Of a stretch of 39,555 nucleotides of DNA, positions 8,439-17,708 are shown piece by piece. The notes below the pieces were generated by a model, which was not told the origin of the DNA, made no database searches, and saw only the letters and a program-made list of their open reading frames with translations. Both the position numbers and the translations under genes were made by a program. The stretch's first letter is position 1. Each line of letters begins with the position of its first letter. Source of the DNA: Thermofilaceae archaeon (GTDB lineage: Archaea; Thermoproteota; Thermoprotei; Thermofilales; Thermofilaceae); contig JAVYWK010000018.1 of the NCBI GenBank assembly GCA_038727095.1, positions 1-39,555 of the forward strand, given 5' to 3'.

Positions 8439-9509
8439 CTACTGTAGTTCGTGATGCGCCATCATCAGCTTCTCGAGAGCTTCAAGTAGTGCTTCGATAT
8501 TGTTGAGTGGGACGTCGTGGAGAACCTCTGCGGTTATTAAAAGCCCCCCGCGTTTTGATCCGAGGACATCCACGACCTTCCTTATGTGGCTTCTGATATC
8601 ATCGGGGCTCCCGAAGGGGAGTAGGTACTGGCGGTCGATATCCACCTCTATCGCTACCTTCCCTTTCAGCTTGGCTAAACGGTTTAAGCCGTTTACAAGA
8701 TCCTGTACGTTGAGAACATGAACTCCAGCGGATACAAGGTCGTCAGCGATGTCCATAACGTAGCCGTCGCTATGTAACCGTACTTTCGCTCCACCCTTCC
8801 TGACCGTTGAGAATATCTTCTTGTAGCCGGGGAGAAGATGCTTTCTGAAACTAGCAGGAGAGAAGGGTAAACCCCTCTGCGTGCCTAAATCGTCCCCGAA
8901 GCTGACGATATCGACGCCCAATCTCACAAGGCGTTTAACAACCTCAACGTTATACTCTACGACGAGTTCAACAAGCTTCTCTAGCTCTGGTGGCTCCAGA
9001 ACTAGATCCTTAAGGAAGTTTAAGTACCCACGCAAGTACGTGAGGCGGAGGAAGAAAAAGCCGTGAGGCATGAAACCCACCACGAGACCTCCCATCCCCC
9101 TGAAGCCCTCGACAAAAGCCTCTACCTCGCTCCAGGGTATGGGGGGTTCACCCTCCCGCGGCAACCCAGCCTCCGGATCGGGTGGTTTGAAATCCTTCAT
9201 TCTGCTCCAGTCACTGAGAGGGTGTTTGACAACGATACCCTGGAGACCATCAACAGTAAACTTCCACACGCACCCCCATTCATCCCTAAACACTGGGGGT
9301 TTGCCCGCTGGCTTCTGTGAACGAAGCTGATTTTCATCGAACCATGGGAAAAGCAAGCGATGCTTCTTCACTATTCTTATGAGTTTCTCACCGTGCCTCC
9401 TCCAGGTTGGGAGCGGTATCGAAACAAAGCACGGGATATAAGTGGGCGAGCGAAACTCGATAGCACGCAAGTAGTTATCCCTCATGAAGCGAGGGTCCAC
9501 AAGCTGCAT
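8439..9509 (-). CDS. Uroporphyrinogen decarboxylase-fold protein (URO-D/MtaA superfamily), function unknown
   Basis: DEWGCVW, SFGDDLGTQRG.PFSP..FR, LHSDG, DRQYLLPFGSP, VPLNNIEAL; lacks the HemE RQAGR motif and the MtaA HxC zinc motif; TATA (tataaa 9535-9540) 26 nt upstream. Confidence 0.85.
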   Translation of the reverse strand: MQLVDPRFMRDNYLRAIEFRSPTYIPCFVSIPLPTWRRHGEKLIRIVKKHRLLFPWFDENQLRSQKPAGKPPVFRDEWGCVWKFTVDGLQGIVVKHPLSDWSRMKDFKPPDPEAGLPREGEPPIPWSEVEAFVEGFRGMGGLVVGFMPHGFFFLRLTYLRGYLNFLKDLVLEPPELEKLVELVVEYNVEVVKRLVRLGVDIVSFGDDLGTQRGLPFSPASFRKHLLPGYKKIFSTVRKGGAKVRLHSDGYVMDIADDLVSAGVHVLNVQDLVNGLNRLAKLKGKVAIEVDIDRQYLLPFGSPDDIRSHIRKVVDVLGSKRGGLLITAEVLHDVPLNNIEALLEALEKLMMAHHELQ

Positions 9510-9610
9510 TGCCTACTCGATGAAACGATTACTCTATAAATAATTAATGCCACAATAAGAAAAGAGGTAAGTTTAGTAAAATGGTTAGCAAAACTACTAG
9601 TGTAGGCTAC

Positions 9611-11077
9611 TCACTTCTTACGCCTTCTTAAGAGGATAAACGCAACAGCTGCGGCAATAACTATTAGTCCACCTATGCCCGCGTAAAGTAGGATAGGGAT
9701 CCCTTTCTGGAAGAGCTCTGGAACGTCGGGGTAGCTCGCGTCAACATCCGCGGGCTCGATTAAATAGTGCCCCCACTTCTGGAAGCCTTGAGCACCGGGG
9801 GCTATAACCTGGATTATTAAGTGGCCTGTTCCTTTGACGGAGTGCACACCGCTTCCCAGAACGATAAACTGGTCGCGTTTCAGCTCTTTCTGCTGACCGT
9901 TGATCCAAGCAGTCTGATCCTCAGGTGCGAACACGACGGCCATGGATGGTGTAAAGAACCTCACTTCCTGGTTTGGCCTTGAGCCGAGGAAGGTGATACC
10001 ATCACCGATGAAGTCGGGGGAGTCTTCCTGTAGCGTCTGGGCAATCAGCACGCTAATGTCGCCGGTGCTCTGAATCAGCGTGTCGAACCTACCGATGCCT
10101 AAGCTGAGGTACCAGTACCTCCTTTCGGCGACATCGCTCTCTGTAAACTCGTGCTCAGCTATGACGCTCATATCATCTCTCCTATAAACTGTAACTTTAC
10201 CAGGCTCTAACGGAACTATCACCAAGACAGCGCTCCTTCCCGTCTGTCGGTATGTCGCATGGTTTGGAGCCCAGAAGCTCCTTCCAACGTAACCACCCGT
10301 AAGGGCTGGTACATAGATGAGAGCCCCCAGCGCAACGCTACTCACCATAACCTCTCCCGTAGTGGTTAACTTAAACACCGCATCGTACCCAACCGCCGCA
10401 CTGACGCCACCTTGATTGACTCTGGATTGTAGAACAGCCCCAAAAACATCTCGAGGCTTGAGTGATTCTGAAGCTGAGAATCGACCAACCCTATCGACTA
10501 GATTGACGTCTGTTCCCTCCAGAGCGAAGACGTATAGATTGCGGTGAACAAGATCCATGGTATACCCGTACTGGTGGGTCGCGGGCGCGGGCATAAACAA
10601 GAAGTTCTTACCTCTGAACCCGCCTTCGACGCTCGGGTAGAAAGTAGCTACGCCGGAAAAGTAACCTGGATCATAAGCTGACGATCCACCCGTGAGTAAA
10701 ACTCCTACCCTCGCTGAAGCAACTAGCTTGAAGTATGTCCCGTAAGGCACGTAAAAGGTTGCTTTCTCCATAGCATTGAGAAGCGTTGAATTTAGAAGCA
10801 AGCCTGATACCACATCGTAAAGCTCGACTCTAGTCCCATCACGGTAAGCGACAACGTCCAACAGTGCATGCCCCCCTGGGGGAGTGAAGTTTACTTTTAT
10901 ACCCTCAACGAGTTCGTCTAGGCTGGGTAAATCCGTTGATGGCGGTACATATCCGTAATACACGTGTTGCACCGGTTGAGCCCATGCTGCTGGGTAGGTG
11001 AGCAGGTGGGCAATCGCCATAATCATGGAGAACAGCAATACTGCGAGTTTCACTTCAGACTTCATCATCAATGCCAT
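9611..11077 (-). CDS. Secreted, C-terminally membrane-anchored beta-rich surface protein, possibly IgGFc-binding-domain-like
   Basis: Signal peptide ending AAWA-Q; internal repeats FYPSVEGGFRGKNF / YVPALTGGYVGRSF; C-terminal TM helix followed by RRRKK. Confidence 0.7.
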   Translation of the reverse strand: MALMMKSEVKLAVLLFSMIMAIAHLLTYPAAWAQPVQHVYYGYVPPSTDLPSLDELVEGIKVNFTPPGGHALLDVVAYRDGTRVELYDVVSGLLLNSTLLNAMEKATFYVPYGTYFKLVASARVGVLLTGGSSAYDPGYFSGVATFYPSVEGGFRGKNFLFMPAPATHQYGYTMDLVHRNLYVFALEGTDVNLVDRVGRFSASESLKPRDVFGAVLQSRVNQGGVSAAVGYDAVFKLTTTGEVMVSSVALGALIYVPALTGGYVGRSFWAPNHATYRQTGRSAVLVIVPLEPGKVTVYRRDDMSVIAEHEFTESDVAERRYWYLSLGIGRFDTLIQSTGDISVLIAQTLQEDSPDFIGDGITFLGSRPNQEVRFFTPSMAVVFAPEDQTAWINGQQKELKRDQFIVLGSGVHSVKGTGHLIIQVIAPGAQGFQKWGHYLIEPADVDASYPDVPELFQKGIPILLYAGIGGLIVIAAAVAFILLRRRKK

Positions 11078-11155
11078 CTACCCCTCTCTTAAAAAGATTA
11101 CTGAAAAAAGGAATTAAAAAGAATTGTGAGTTGATTACTGCCCAATCCTCTCTTT

Positions 11156-13174
11156 TTAGTAAGCTCTGAACACCATGAACCTTATGATGTTTATCAAGCT
11201 GACCAGCAGTATGCCTGCGATCTCACCCGTGATGATGCCGACTGCTGCAGGAACACCGACCTCTTCGTAGGCTCTCCTGCCTCCAACCTTGATCAACGCA
11301 TATTTAACCGCCCAGACGATTAACGGAGTGAACGTGCCGATATGCCATGTATGGAAGTCGTGCAGCCCCAGCATGAATCCTAAGGGTTCTAGTGGCCACC
11401 ATGGGAACCTCATCCTCAAGAAGATTAGAGCACCGGTTAGGAGGAAGCCTACTAAACCGGGGATGGAAGCGATGCTGAGCCTCGGGTTGTAGAATCCGGC
11501 ATCACCATCCCAGAAGTAGTCCCACTCCTTAGCCACGGGCAGCTCCATAAAGCCCCAGGCGTGCAGCTCGATGAACGTTAACGGTATAGCTATCACAGCG
11601 GTGAGTATAGCACCGATCGTGAGTAGCTTGTAGACGGTATCTGGCTTCACTCCAGCCATCTGGGCTACCTTGAAGCTATCCATGGCGCCCATCATTGTCG
11701 AGTAGTAGGGACCGAAAGTATCGCAACCTGTTCCCCATCTGCATGTGTGAGAGATGATGAATAGCTTGCCGGCGGGGTACTGCGGTGCCGCTGGCATAGT
11801 ATCGCCAGCAAACGGCTTCCAGAAGTGCGCACCCCTTAGGAAGGTAATGTTGGCCGCATAGGCTCTAGCTCTTGTTAAGACAACCACCTGCAGCGTAATG
11901 ATCAGTAGCCCGATGACGGCATCCTGAGGTTCAACATTGCTGGCCGCGAATAGTATTATCAAACCGATCGCGCCTATAACCAGCATTAGGTAGGCTAGTC
12001 TGTAGGATACTTCACCGGGAGCAACACCGGGACCTCCACCGGAGATCGCTGACTTTATCGTACCCCAAATGTACTTCCAGTTAACGAGAATCATGAAGAC
12101 GAGGATGCCGAGAGCCATGCCAGCACTAACAGTCTCCAAGTATAGGGGCTCCGTGTGCCAGATCGCCCACCACTTGCTCCATATGCCCGCAGCGTATATG
12201 CCTGTGTAATAGCCAAAGTAGGTTAGAACTTGTGGCAGTATGACGGCAAAGCCGAGGTGTGCTACCCACATTGAGAGCAATGCGTCCAGCGGAACCAGGA
12301 AGAGGAAAGCGTGTCTTAACGGATCAGTTGCAACAACCACTGGGGCTGCGAGCCCCTGGGATACAGCCGGGTACGCTATAGTTAGCTGGAACTGGCCGGT
12401 TGACCAGCTGAGGTAGTTGGGGTTCGTTAACCAACCGTAGAAATCGGGGAGACCCGGGTACGCAGAGTAGATCATGTAGGGGACGTAGAACAGGAGGCCT
12501 ACCAGGAAAGAGATCTTCAGTATGCGTTTAAACCTATCGGACGTCTTACCCATTGCGGCTTCAGCTACAAGCCACCCCTGCGCGTGTGGGAAGGGAAGCA
12601 CCTCTATTTCGATCCACAGCCTCCTAAGGATCGCAGACCAGCCTAGGAAGAATAGAGCTGCAACAATGTACCAGTATACGTAAGTCGCGATAACCGGTGC
12701 CCACTCGTTCGCGTACACCGCGAAGAGGTTGTGCAGCGAGCCGCGGTAGAACATTCCTCGTACAGCATCAGCGGAGGGCATCCATATCATGGGCAGAGCG
12801 TAACCATGCGTTTCAGCCGTAGCAACCCTAATGTTGAATAGCGCGGCTGGTGTTGTGTAGAAACCTTTAAACACTGTGTACCAGGTTGTTATCATTGTTG
12901 CGATGAAGTAGAGGCATAAACGCTGAGCGTCGAGCTTAACCAGGTTCCTTTCCATGAGGAACAGCATTATCATTGCAAAGACCCAGGGTAGTGGCATAGC
13001 AACTAGTAAGCCACCCGAGGGCCCGTAGTTTATGCCGCCTGTACCCCAGGCGGCTGGTAGGAAGAGTGTAGCCGTTGTTGATATGACTGTCAAAATTGCG
13101 AGGTAGACGATCAGGGAGATCCAATCTTTAGTTGTTAGCGGGCGAACTTCCTCGACTTTTGAGGTAGTCGCCAT
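11156..13174 (-). CDS. OPT-superfamily-like polytopic membrane protein (DUF6785 + DUF6784 type)
   Basis: Many hydrophobic helices; ILRRLWIEIEVLPFP and LRMRFPWWPLEPLGF...KYALIKVGGRRAY motifs characteristic of this uncharacterized family. Confidence 0.75.
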   Translation of the reverse strand: MATTSKVEEVRPLTTKDWISLIVYLAILTVISTTATLFLPAAWGTGGINYGPSGGLLVAMPLPWVFAMIMLFLMERNLVKLDAQRLCLYFIATMITTWYTVFKGFYTTPAALFNIRVATAETHGYALPMIWMPSADAVRGMFYRGSLHNLFAVYANEWAPVIATYVYWYIVAALFFLGWSAILRRLWIEIEVLPFPHAQGWLVAEAAMGKTSDRFKRILKISFLVGLLFYVPYMIYSAYPGLPDFYGWLTNPNYLSWSTGQFQLTIAYPAVSQGLAAPVVVATDPLRHAFLFLVPLDALLSMWVAHLGFAVILPQVLTYFGYYTGIYAAGIWSKWWAIWHTEPLYLETVSAGMALGILVFMILVNWKYIWGTIKSAISGGGPGVAPGEVSYRLAYLMLVIGAIGLIILFAASNVEPQDAVIGLLIITLQVVVLTRARAYAANITFLRGAHFWKPFAGDTMPAAPQYPAGKLFIISHTCRWGTGCDTFGPYYSTMMGAMDSFKVAQMAGVKPDTVYKLLTIGAILTAVIAIPLTFIELHAWGFMELPVAKEWDYFWDGDAGFYNPRLSIASIPGLVGFLLTGALIFLRMRFPWWPLEPLGFMLGLHDFHTWHIGTFTPLIVWAVKYALIKVGGRRAYEEVGVPAAVGIITGEIAGILLVSLINIIRFMVFRAY

Positions 13175-13250
13175 CAGTGAACGTTGAAAACCTTAGGTAT
13201 AAATAGTTTCTGCTCGCAATCTTTTAAAACAGTATAGGTACCTGGTCTTC
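13175..13250. promoter_or_regulatory. Back-to-back divergent promoters for the membrane-complex cluster
   Basis: Minus-strand TTTATA (13203-13198) 24 nt from ATG 13174, with purine-rich BRE-like GAAAC upstream; plus-strand TTTTAAAA (13222-13229) about 22-29 nt from GTG 13251. Confidence 0.6.
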
Positions 13251-16200
13251 GTGAGCGCAAAGAAGCTGCACGTTAGCGTGATACTAGCGCTTTTAATTGT
13301 AGTAACCTTACAGGCTTCGATCTTACAGGTTCCTTTAATAAGCGCGCAACCCGTGGTAGTCACTCCCCGCAGGTTCAATGAGGTGATTGCCTCCCTTGAT
13401 AAAACGCTATTCCAGCAAGAGGTTGAGCTGCTCTCCAAGGAATCCAGGTTTACAGGGTATCCAGGTTTCTTCAAGGCGGCAAACTACATCGCACAGGTTT
13501 TCAGGGAAAACGGTATACCCCCGTATGGGCAAGATTACTTCGAGTGGTTTAACGTAACTGTTCCAATCGTTAAGCAAGCTTGGCTTATAACTGAAAATGG
13601 TAGGAACATTACCCTACTCCCGTTTTACCCGAACTTGGTTAACCCCAGCCAGTACGTTAGTGATGATTGGGATATCTTAGTGTATGTGGGTAAAGGCGAT
13701 CTAAAGGATTTTGATGGAAAGGATGTGAAAGATAAATTCGTTCTAATGGATTATGGATCTGGGTGGAACTACTACAACGCGCTCATGCTAGGGGCAAAGG
13801 GTGTGATCTTCATACCTGAAGACTCATCATCGGTGGATAGGCCGGAGTCCGAGCTGAAACTTACTCTTCTTCCTGTAAACTTTCCTAAACTGTACCTGCC
13901 GCCGGACGAGAAAGGCCTGGAACTGTTAGAGTTGTGCAGGAGATCGGGGTCCCGTGGAATCAGAGTCAAAATCCGCTCTGTAGTGGAGTGGGGAAACGTT
14001 AGAGTTCCAAACGTGGTTGGCTTTGTGAAGGGTACAGACCCGGCAAAATCCCAGAAAATAGTAGTGGTGGCCGCGTACTACGACTCCTTCTGCGCTATCC
14101 CCTCACTGGCGTACGGCGCTACCGATGCTCTCGGCGTGGTTACGCTTCTGCATTTCGCAAGATTTCTAGCGAAGAACCCTCCAAGCTACTCCGTTATAGT
14201 TGTAGCGCTAGCCGGCCACTACCAAGGTCTTTGGGGCGCCAGAGAGTTTGTTGAACGGCACTTCAATGAACTCGAATCTCAGATTATCGCGTTTGCTTCG
14301 ATGAAGCTCGCGAGTGACAGCGATCAGGTTGGTATCTACGCTGTGGGTTCCGCTTACTCTTACAGGTACCTTGACATACTGGTTCGCAGGTACACTTGGC
14401 TGGTTAGCAGGGTTTTCGGACCCTGGCTAGCTGAGATGAGGATGGTTTTAGGAAGCCGCTACGGCGAAAACTTTGTAGACGGTATCCTCGGAAGCCATCC
14501 CCCCTACTTGAGGTCGGCAGTCCCCTACGACCCTCATCTATACGGCTACTTTGCCCCCTCCGCGGTCTTCGGTGCACATGCATGGTACCTACGGACACAG
14601 TACGCGATCTTCGACTCAGAGCCTTTTACGCTCGCGATGTACGGTGGTGGATTCACATTTTACACAACTAACGCTTTTCGGAAATACCAGGGCTCTCCTG
14701 CAGATACGGTATCCAACATCAATTTCGATAACGTGTGGCCTCAAGTGCATTTCATTCACTGCACGCTTTGGGCGATGCTAAATGAGGAGATCAACCTGCC
14801 GACTTCTAAAAGGAGGCTTAGCGACGACTGGGGCTACGTGACTGTTAGCGTTAAAGTGACAACGTACAACATGCTTACATCGTACTGGGACATAGTTAAC
14901 TTCACCCAGTATCCCGAGCTGAGGGGTAGGCTCCTAACCTACATTACGTATGGCGGCTTGAAGTTTGTGCAAAAGGTTGAGGACACCGGTACAGTCACAA
15001 TCCACGGCCTCAAACCCTACATGGGCGGGAGCGTAGATGTGTTTGCAATCGATGAGCACGGTAGGATATTGTGGACAACCGACATGGGCGTCTGGCAGGC
15101 GCCCGGTGGTAAGTGGTTCACTCCCACCTCATACCCCTACGTGAAAATGGTGTCGATATTCGAGTGCGCGTCGATCTTCGTGTTTCTAACGATGCAGCCG
15201 ACCGACTTTAGAACAGTATGGTTTACCGGGATAAATGATGCGAGAGCCCACAGCCCAATGATCAGGCAGAACAGCTTGCAGGCGGACATCTTTGCGATGG
15301 CGTTTGTTCAGCCGGGGATTCCCGCCGAGATTATGCTTAGCGTGGGGACAGGGTTGCCGAGCGTTGTACTGAATAACGCTTCTACCAATCGACCGGAGGG
15401 CTTTGGATACAGGCTAGCAAAGGGGGAGCAGATCGTACTCTCACAATTCCACGTTCTCGAGAACCTTTACGCTGTAGTCAACAGTCGGTACGAGAGCTTA
15501 AGATCGAGGAACGTTATAATCCCCGTCCTCGAGTATTACGCTGACCTTGTGAAGCAGGTTAAAAGGCAGATGGCGGACAATCTACAGACTCTAAGGTATT
15601 CAAACGCGTTCGGTGCTTGCCTGTACGCGTGGGCAGCTCTCCTGAACTGGTATAATTCTCTAATGACTTCACTGTATCAAGTTATTACGTCCGTTGCAGC
15701 CTTCTTTGCCATTTCAATTCTCTTCTCGATACTGTTTGAAAGGTTGACTGTAAGATCCGAGGGGTTGCGGAGGTTAATCAGCCTGCTGGCATTAATTACC
15801 ATGGCCAACTTTGCGCTCTACATCCTGCATCCGGCCTACCACGTCGCCAGCAACTGGGTAATCCTGCTTCTAGCTGTGTCAGCAGTATCTCTTAACATCG
15901 TGCTCCTCTTCATAGCCTTCATGAACGCCTACACGATGGCGAAGGCAACGAGAGAAGCTGCACTAGGTAAGCACTACCTAGAGATCAGCCGTACGGGGCT
16001 TTTCCTTGAAAGCATGGTGATAGCTGTAGAGAACATGAGGAAGCGCAAATTGCGATCAATCCTGATACTTGGCGCTGTCACAGTGATCGCGTTCTCCACG
16101 ATGTCGCTAGCCTCGGTGACTACAGCTCCTGTCTTACTACCACAACCCATTAACGTGACTTACATGCCGAGCTTCGAGGGTCTTTTAGTGAGGGCTTACC

Positions 16201-17705
16201 CGTGGTCCCCAATCAACCCCTATGCTTACAACATGCTTGCTTCCTACCTCGAGGGATCGTGCTATGTATCTCCTCGAGCTTTCATGTACCCCCCATCGCT
16301 GATGGTTGCTATGCCGGGGTTAGCTACGGGGCTCACGTACATTGCGTTCAGCCCGCAGCTTAAGACGCAAGTCTATTCTTTACTGGCGTTAGCTCCCGAG
16401 GAAGCGTACGTGTCAAACATAGATAAACTGCTCGTTGATGGGCGATGGTTCACCGACGACGACGTGTATGCCGTCATATTGACCCAAAGTGTTGCAAACA
16501 GCCTTTCTCAGGAGCTGGGCAGGCAGATCGGAGTGAATTCAACGCTTAACCTATGGAGCATCAACGTTAGAGTGGTTGGAATAATCAAGGATGAGGTTGA
16601 GAGATTCGCGAATCCAGACGCTGAACCCATAACACCCTTAGATCCTCAATCACCGATTGCGCTGCCACAGCACATATTCGCTCGGAACACCATGATCATC
16701 CCCTTCAAGCTGTACCAGAAGCTGGCACCCACCTACGCTGTAACAAACATCGGTATCAGGCCGCTGAACGTGGAGGTAGCAAACCACTTAAAAAGTACAC
16801 TCCCATACGTCATCAACTACCCAATCTACTCATCATTCGGGGGTTCAGTGTCAGCTTGGATCGCTAGGCAGTGGATCAGCGCGATAGGGTTTGAATTCAT
16901 CCTTATACCCGCGATCATAGCTAGCGCAGCCGTATTAGACATGATGCTCGCCAACATTTACGAGAGGAAAAGGGAAATTCACATTTTCATCTCTGTTGGA
17001 ATGGCGCCCTCTCACGTAACTCTCGCCTTCCTCACCGAAGCGTTAACCTATGTTCTTCCCGCCGTGTTCCTGGGTTACGTGGCTGGTGTCCTAGCCACCA
17101 ACTTAATGCTGACTGCCGGTGCCTTCCCAGAAGGTTTGTATCCAAATTACACATCGATGTCGATCTTAATGGTCGTCCTCCTTATAATAGCGATCGTACT
17201 AGTGGCCGCCTACTACCCCTCCACTCTAGCCGGGAAGATAGCCATACCGTCACGCGTTAGAAAGTGGATTGAGGCCGAGAAAGGACCAACGGGGGATGAG
17301 TGGAGGTTGTCCTACCCACTCGTATTAACAACAGCTAGAGAAGTGATAGCGTTCTTCAACTTCGTTAAAGGCTATCTGGAGTCTCTAGCCATCAGAGAGT
17401 CCGCCTACTATGCCGAAAAAGTCGAGATCACTGAGAGGGAGAGTAAGGAGGGGCACGAGCTGCACATGATGGCAAGTTGCAGGTTCGCACCCTATGACCT
17501 AGGTATCAAGAGCGATGTAATCCTCAGAGCGTTCAAGAAGGGTGATTCACCTGTTTACAACTTCGACTTAGTGATCAAGAGACTCGAAGGTTACAGGCAG
17601 GCTTGGCGAACGTCTGCGATCACTGTAGCAGGCGACATCAGGAGGCAGGCGATTGTTTGGCGAAGCCTCAGCCCTGAAGAAAGAGAAAAATACGCTAGGG
17701 TGTAG
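13251..17705 (+). CDS. Fusion of a PA + degenerate M28 peptidase extracellular domain with an FtsX/MacB-like permease (1484 aa)
   Basis: Signal peptide; SRFTGYPG..AA.YI (M28 N-terminus); VYVGKG...DVKDKFVL...GAKGVIF (PA domain); NVVG..IVVVAAYYDS..GATD..GHYQGLWGA (M28 core with substituted ligands); ENMRKRKLRS; IYERKREIHIFISVGMAP (FtsX); tail from AIPSRVRKW to AIVWRSL. Confidence 0.85.
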   Translation: MSAKKLHVSVILALLIVVTLQASILQVPLISAQPVVVTPRRFNEVIASLDKTLFQQEVELLSKESRFTGYPGFFKAANYIAQVFRENGIPPYGQDYFEWFNVTVPIVKQAWLITENGRNITLLPFYPNLVNPSQYVSDDWDILVYVGKGDLKDFDGKDVKDKFVLMDYGSGWNYYNALMLGAKGVIFIPEDSSSVDRPESELKLTLLPVNFPKLYLPPDEKGLELLELCRRSGSRGIRVKIRSVVEWGNVRVPNVVGFVKGTDPAKSQKIVVVAAYYDSFCAIPSLAYGATDALGVVTLLHFARFLAKNPPSYSVIVVALAGHYQGLWGAREFVERHFNELESQIIAFASMKLASDSDQVGIYAVGSAYSYRYLDILVRRYTWLVSRVFGPWLAEMRMVLGSRYGENFVDGILGSHPPYLRSAVPYDPHLYGYFAPSAVFGAHAWYLRTQYAIFDSEPFTLAMYGGGFTFYTTNAFRKYQGSPADTVSNINFDNVWPQVHFIHCTLWAMLNEEINLPTSKRRLSDDWGYVTVSVKVTTYNMLTSYWDIVNFTQYPELRGRLLTYITYGGLKFVQKVEDTGTVTIHGLKPYMGGSVDVFAIDEHGRILWTTDMGVWQAPGGKWFTPTSYPYVKMVSIFECASIFVFLTMQPTDFRTVWFTGINDARAHSPMIRQNSLQADIFAMAFVQPGIPAEIMLSVGTGLPSVVLNNASTNRPEGFGYRLAKGEQIVLSQFHVLENLYAVVNSRYESLRSRNVIIPVLEYYADLVKQVKRQMADNLQTLRYSNAFGACLYAWAALLNWYNSLMTSLYQVITSVAAFFAISILFSILFERLTVRSEGLRRLISLLALITMANFALYILHPAYHVASNWVILLLAVSAVSLNIVLLFIAFMNAYTMAKATREAALGKHYLEISRTGLFLESMVIAVENMRKRKLRSILILGAVTVIAFSTMSLASVTTAPVLLPQPINVTYMPSFEGLLVRAYPWSPINPYAYNMLASYLEGSCYVSPRAFMYPPSLMVAMPGLATGLTYIAFSPQLKTQVYSLLALAPEEAYVSNIDKLLVDGRWFTDDDVYAVILTQSVANSLSQELGRQIGVNSTLNLWSINVRVVGIIKDEVERFANPDAEPITPLDPQSPIALPQHIFARNTMIIPFKLYQKLAPTYAVTNIGIRPLNVEVANHLKSTLPYVINYPIYSSFGGSVSAWIARQWISAIGFEFILIPAIIASAAVLDMMLANIYERKREIHIFISVGMAPSHVTLAFLTEALTYVLPAVFLGYVAGVLATNLMLTAGAFPEGLYPNYTSMSILMVVLLIIAIVLVAAYYPSTLAGKIAIPSRVRKWIEAEKGPTGDEWRLSYPLVLTTAREVIAFFNFVKGYLESLAIRESAYYAEKVEITERESKEGHELHMMASCRFAPYDLGIKSDVILRAFKKGDSPVYNFDLVIKRLEGYRQAWRTSAITVAGDIRRQAIVWRSLSPEEREKYARV

Positions 17706-17708
17706 GCG

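Noticed and set aside
8439-9509. hemE or mtaA assignment
   Set aside because: The diagnostic RQAGR and HxC...C motifs are absent.
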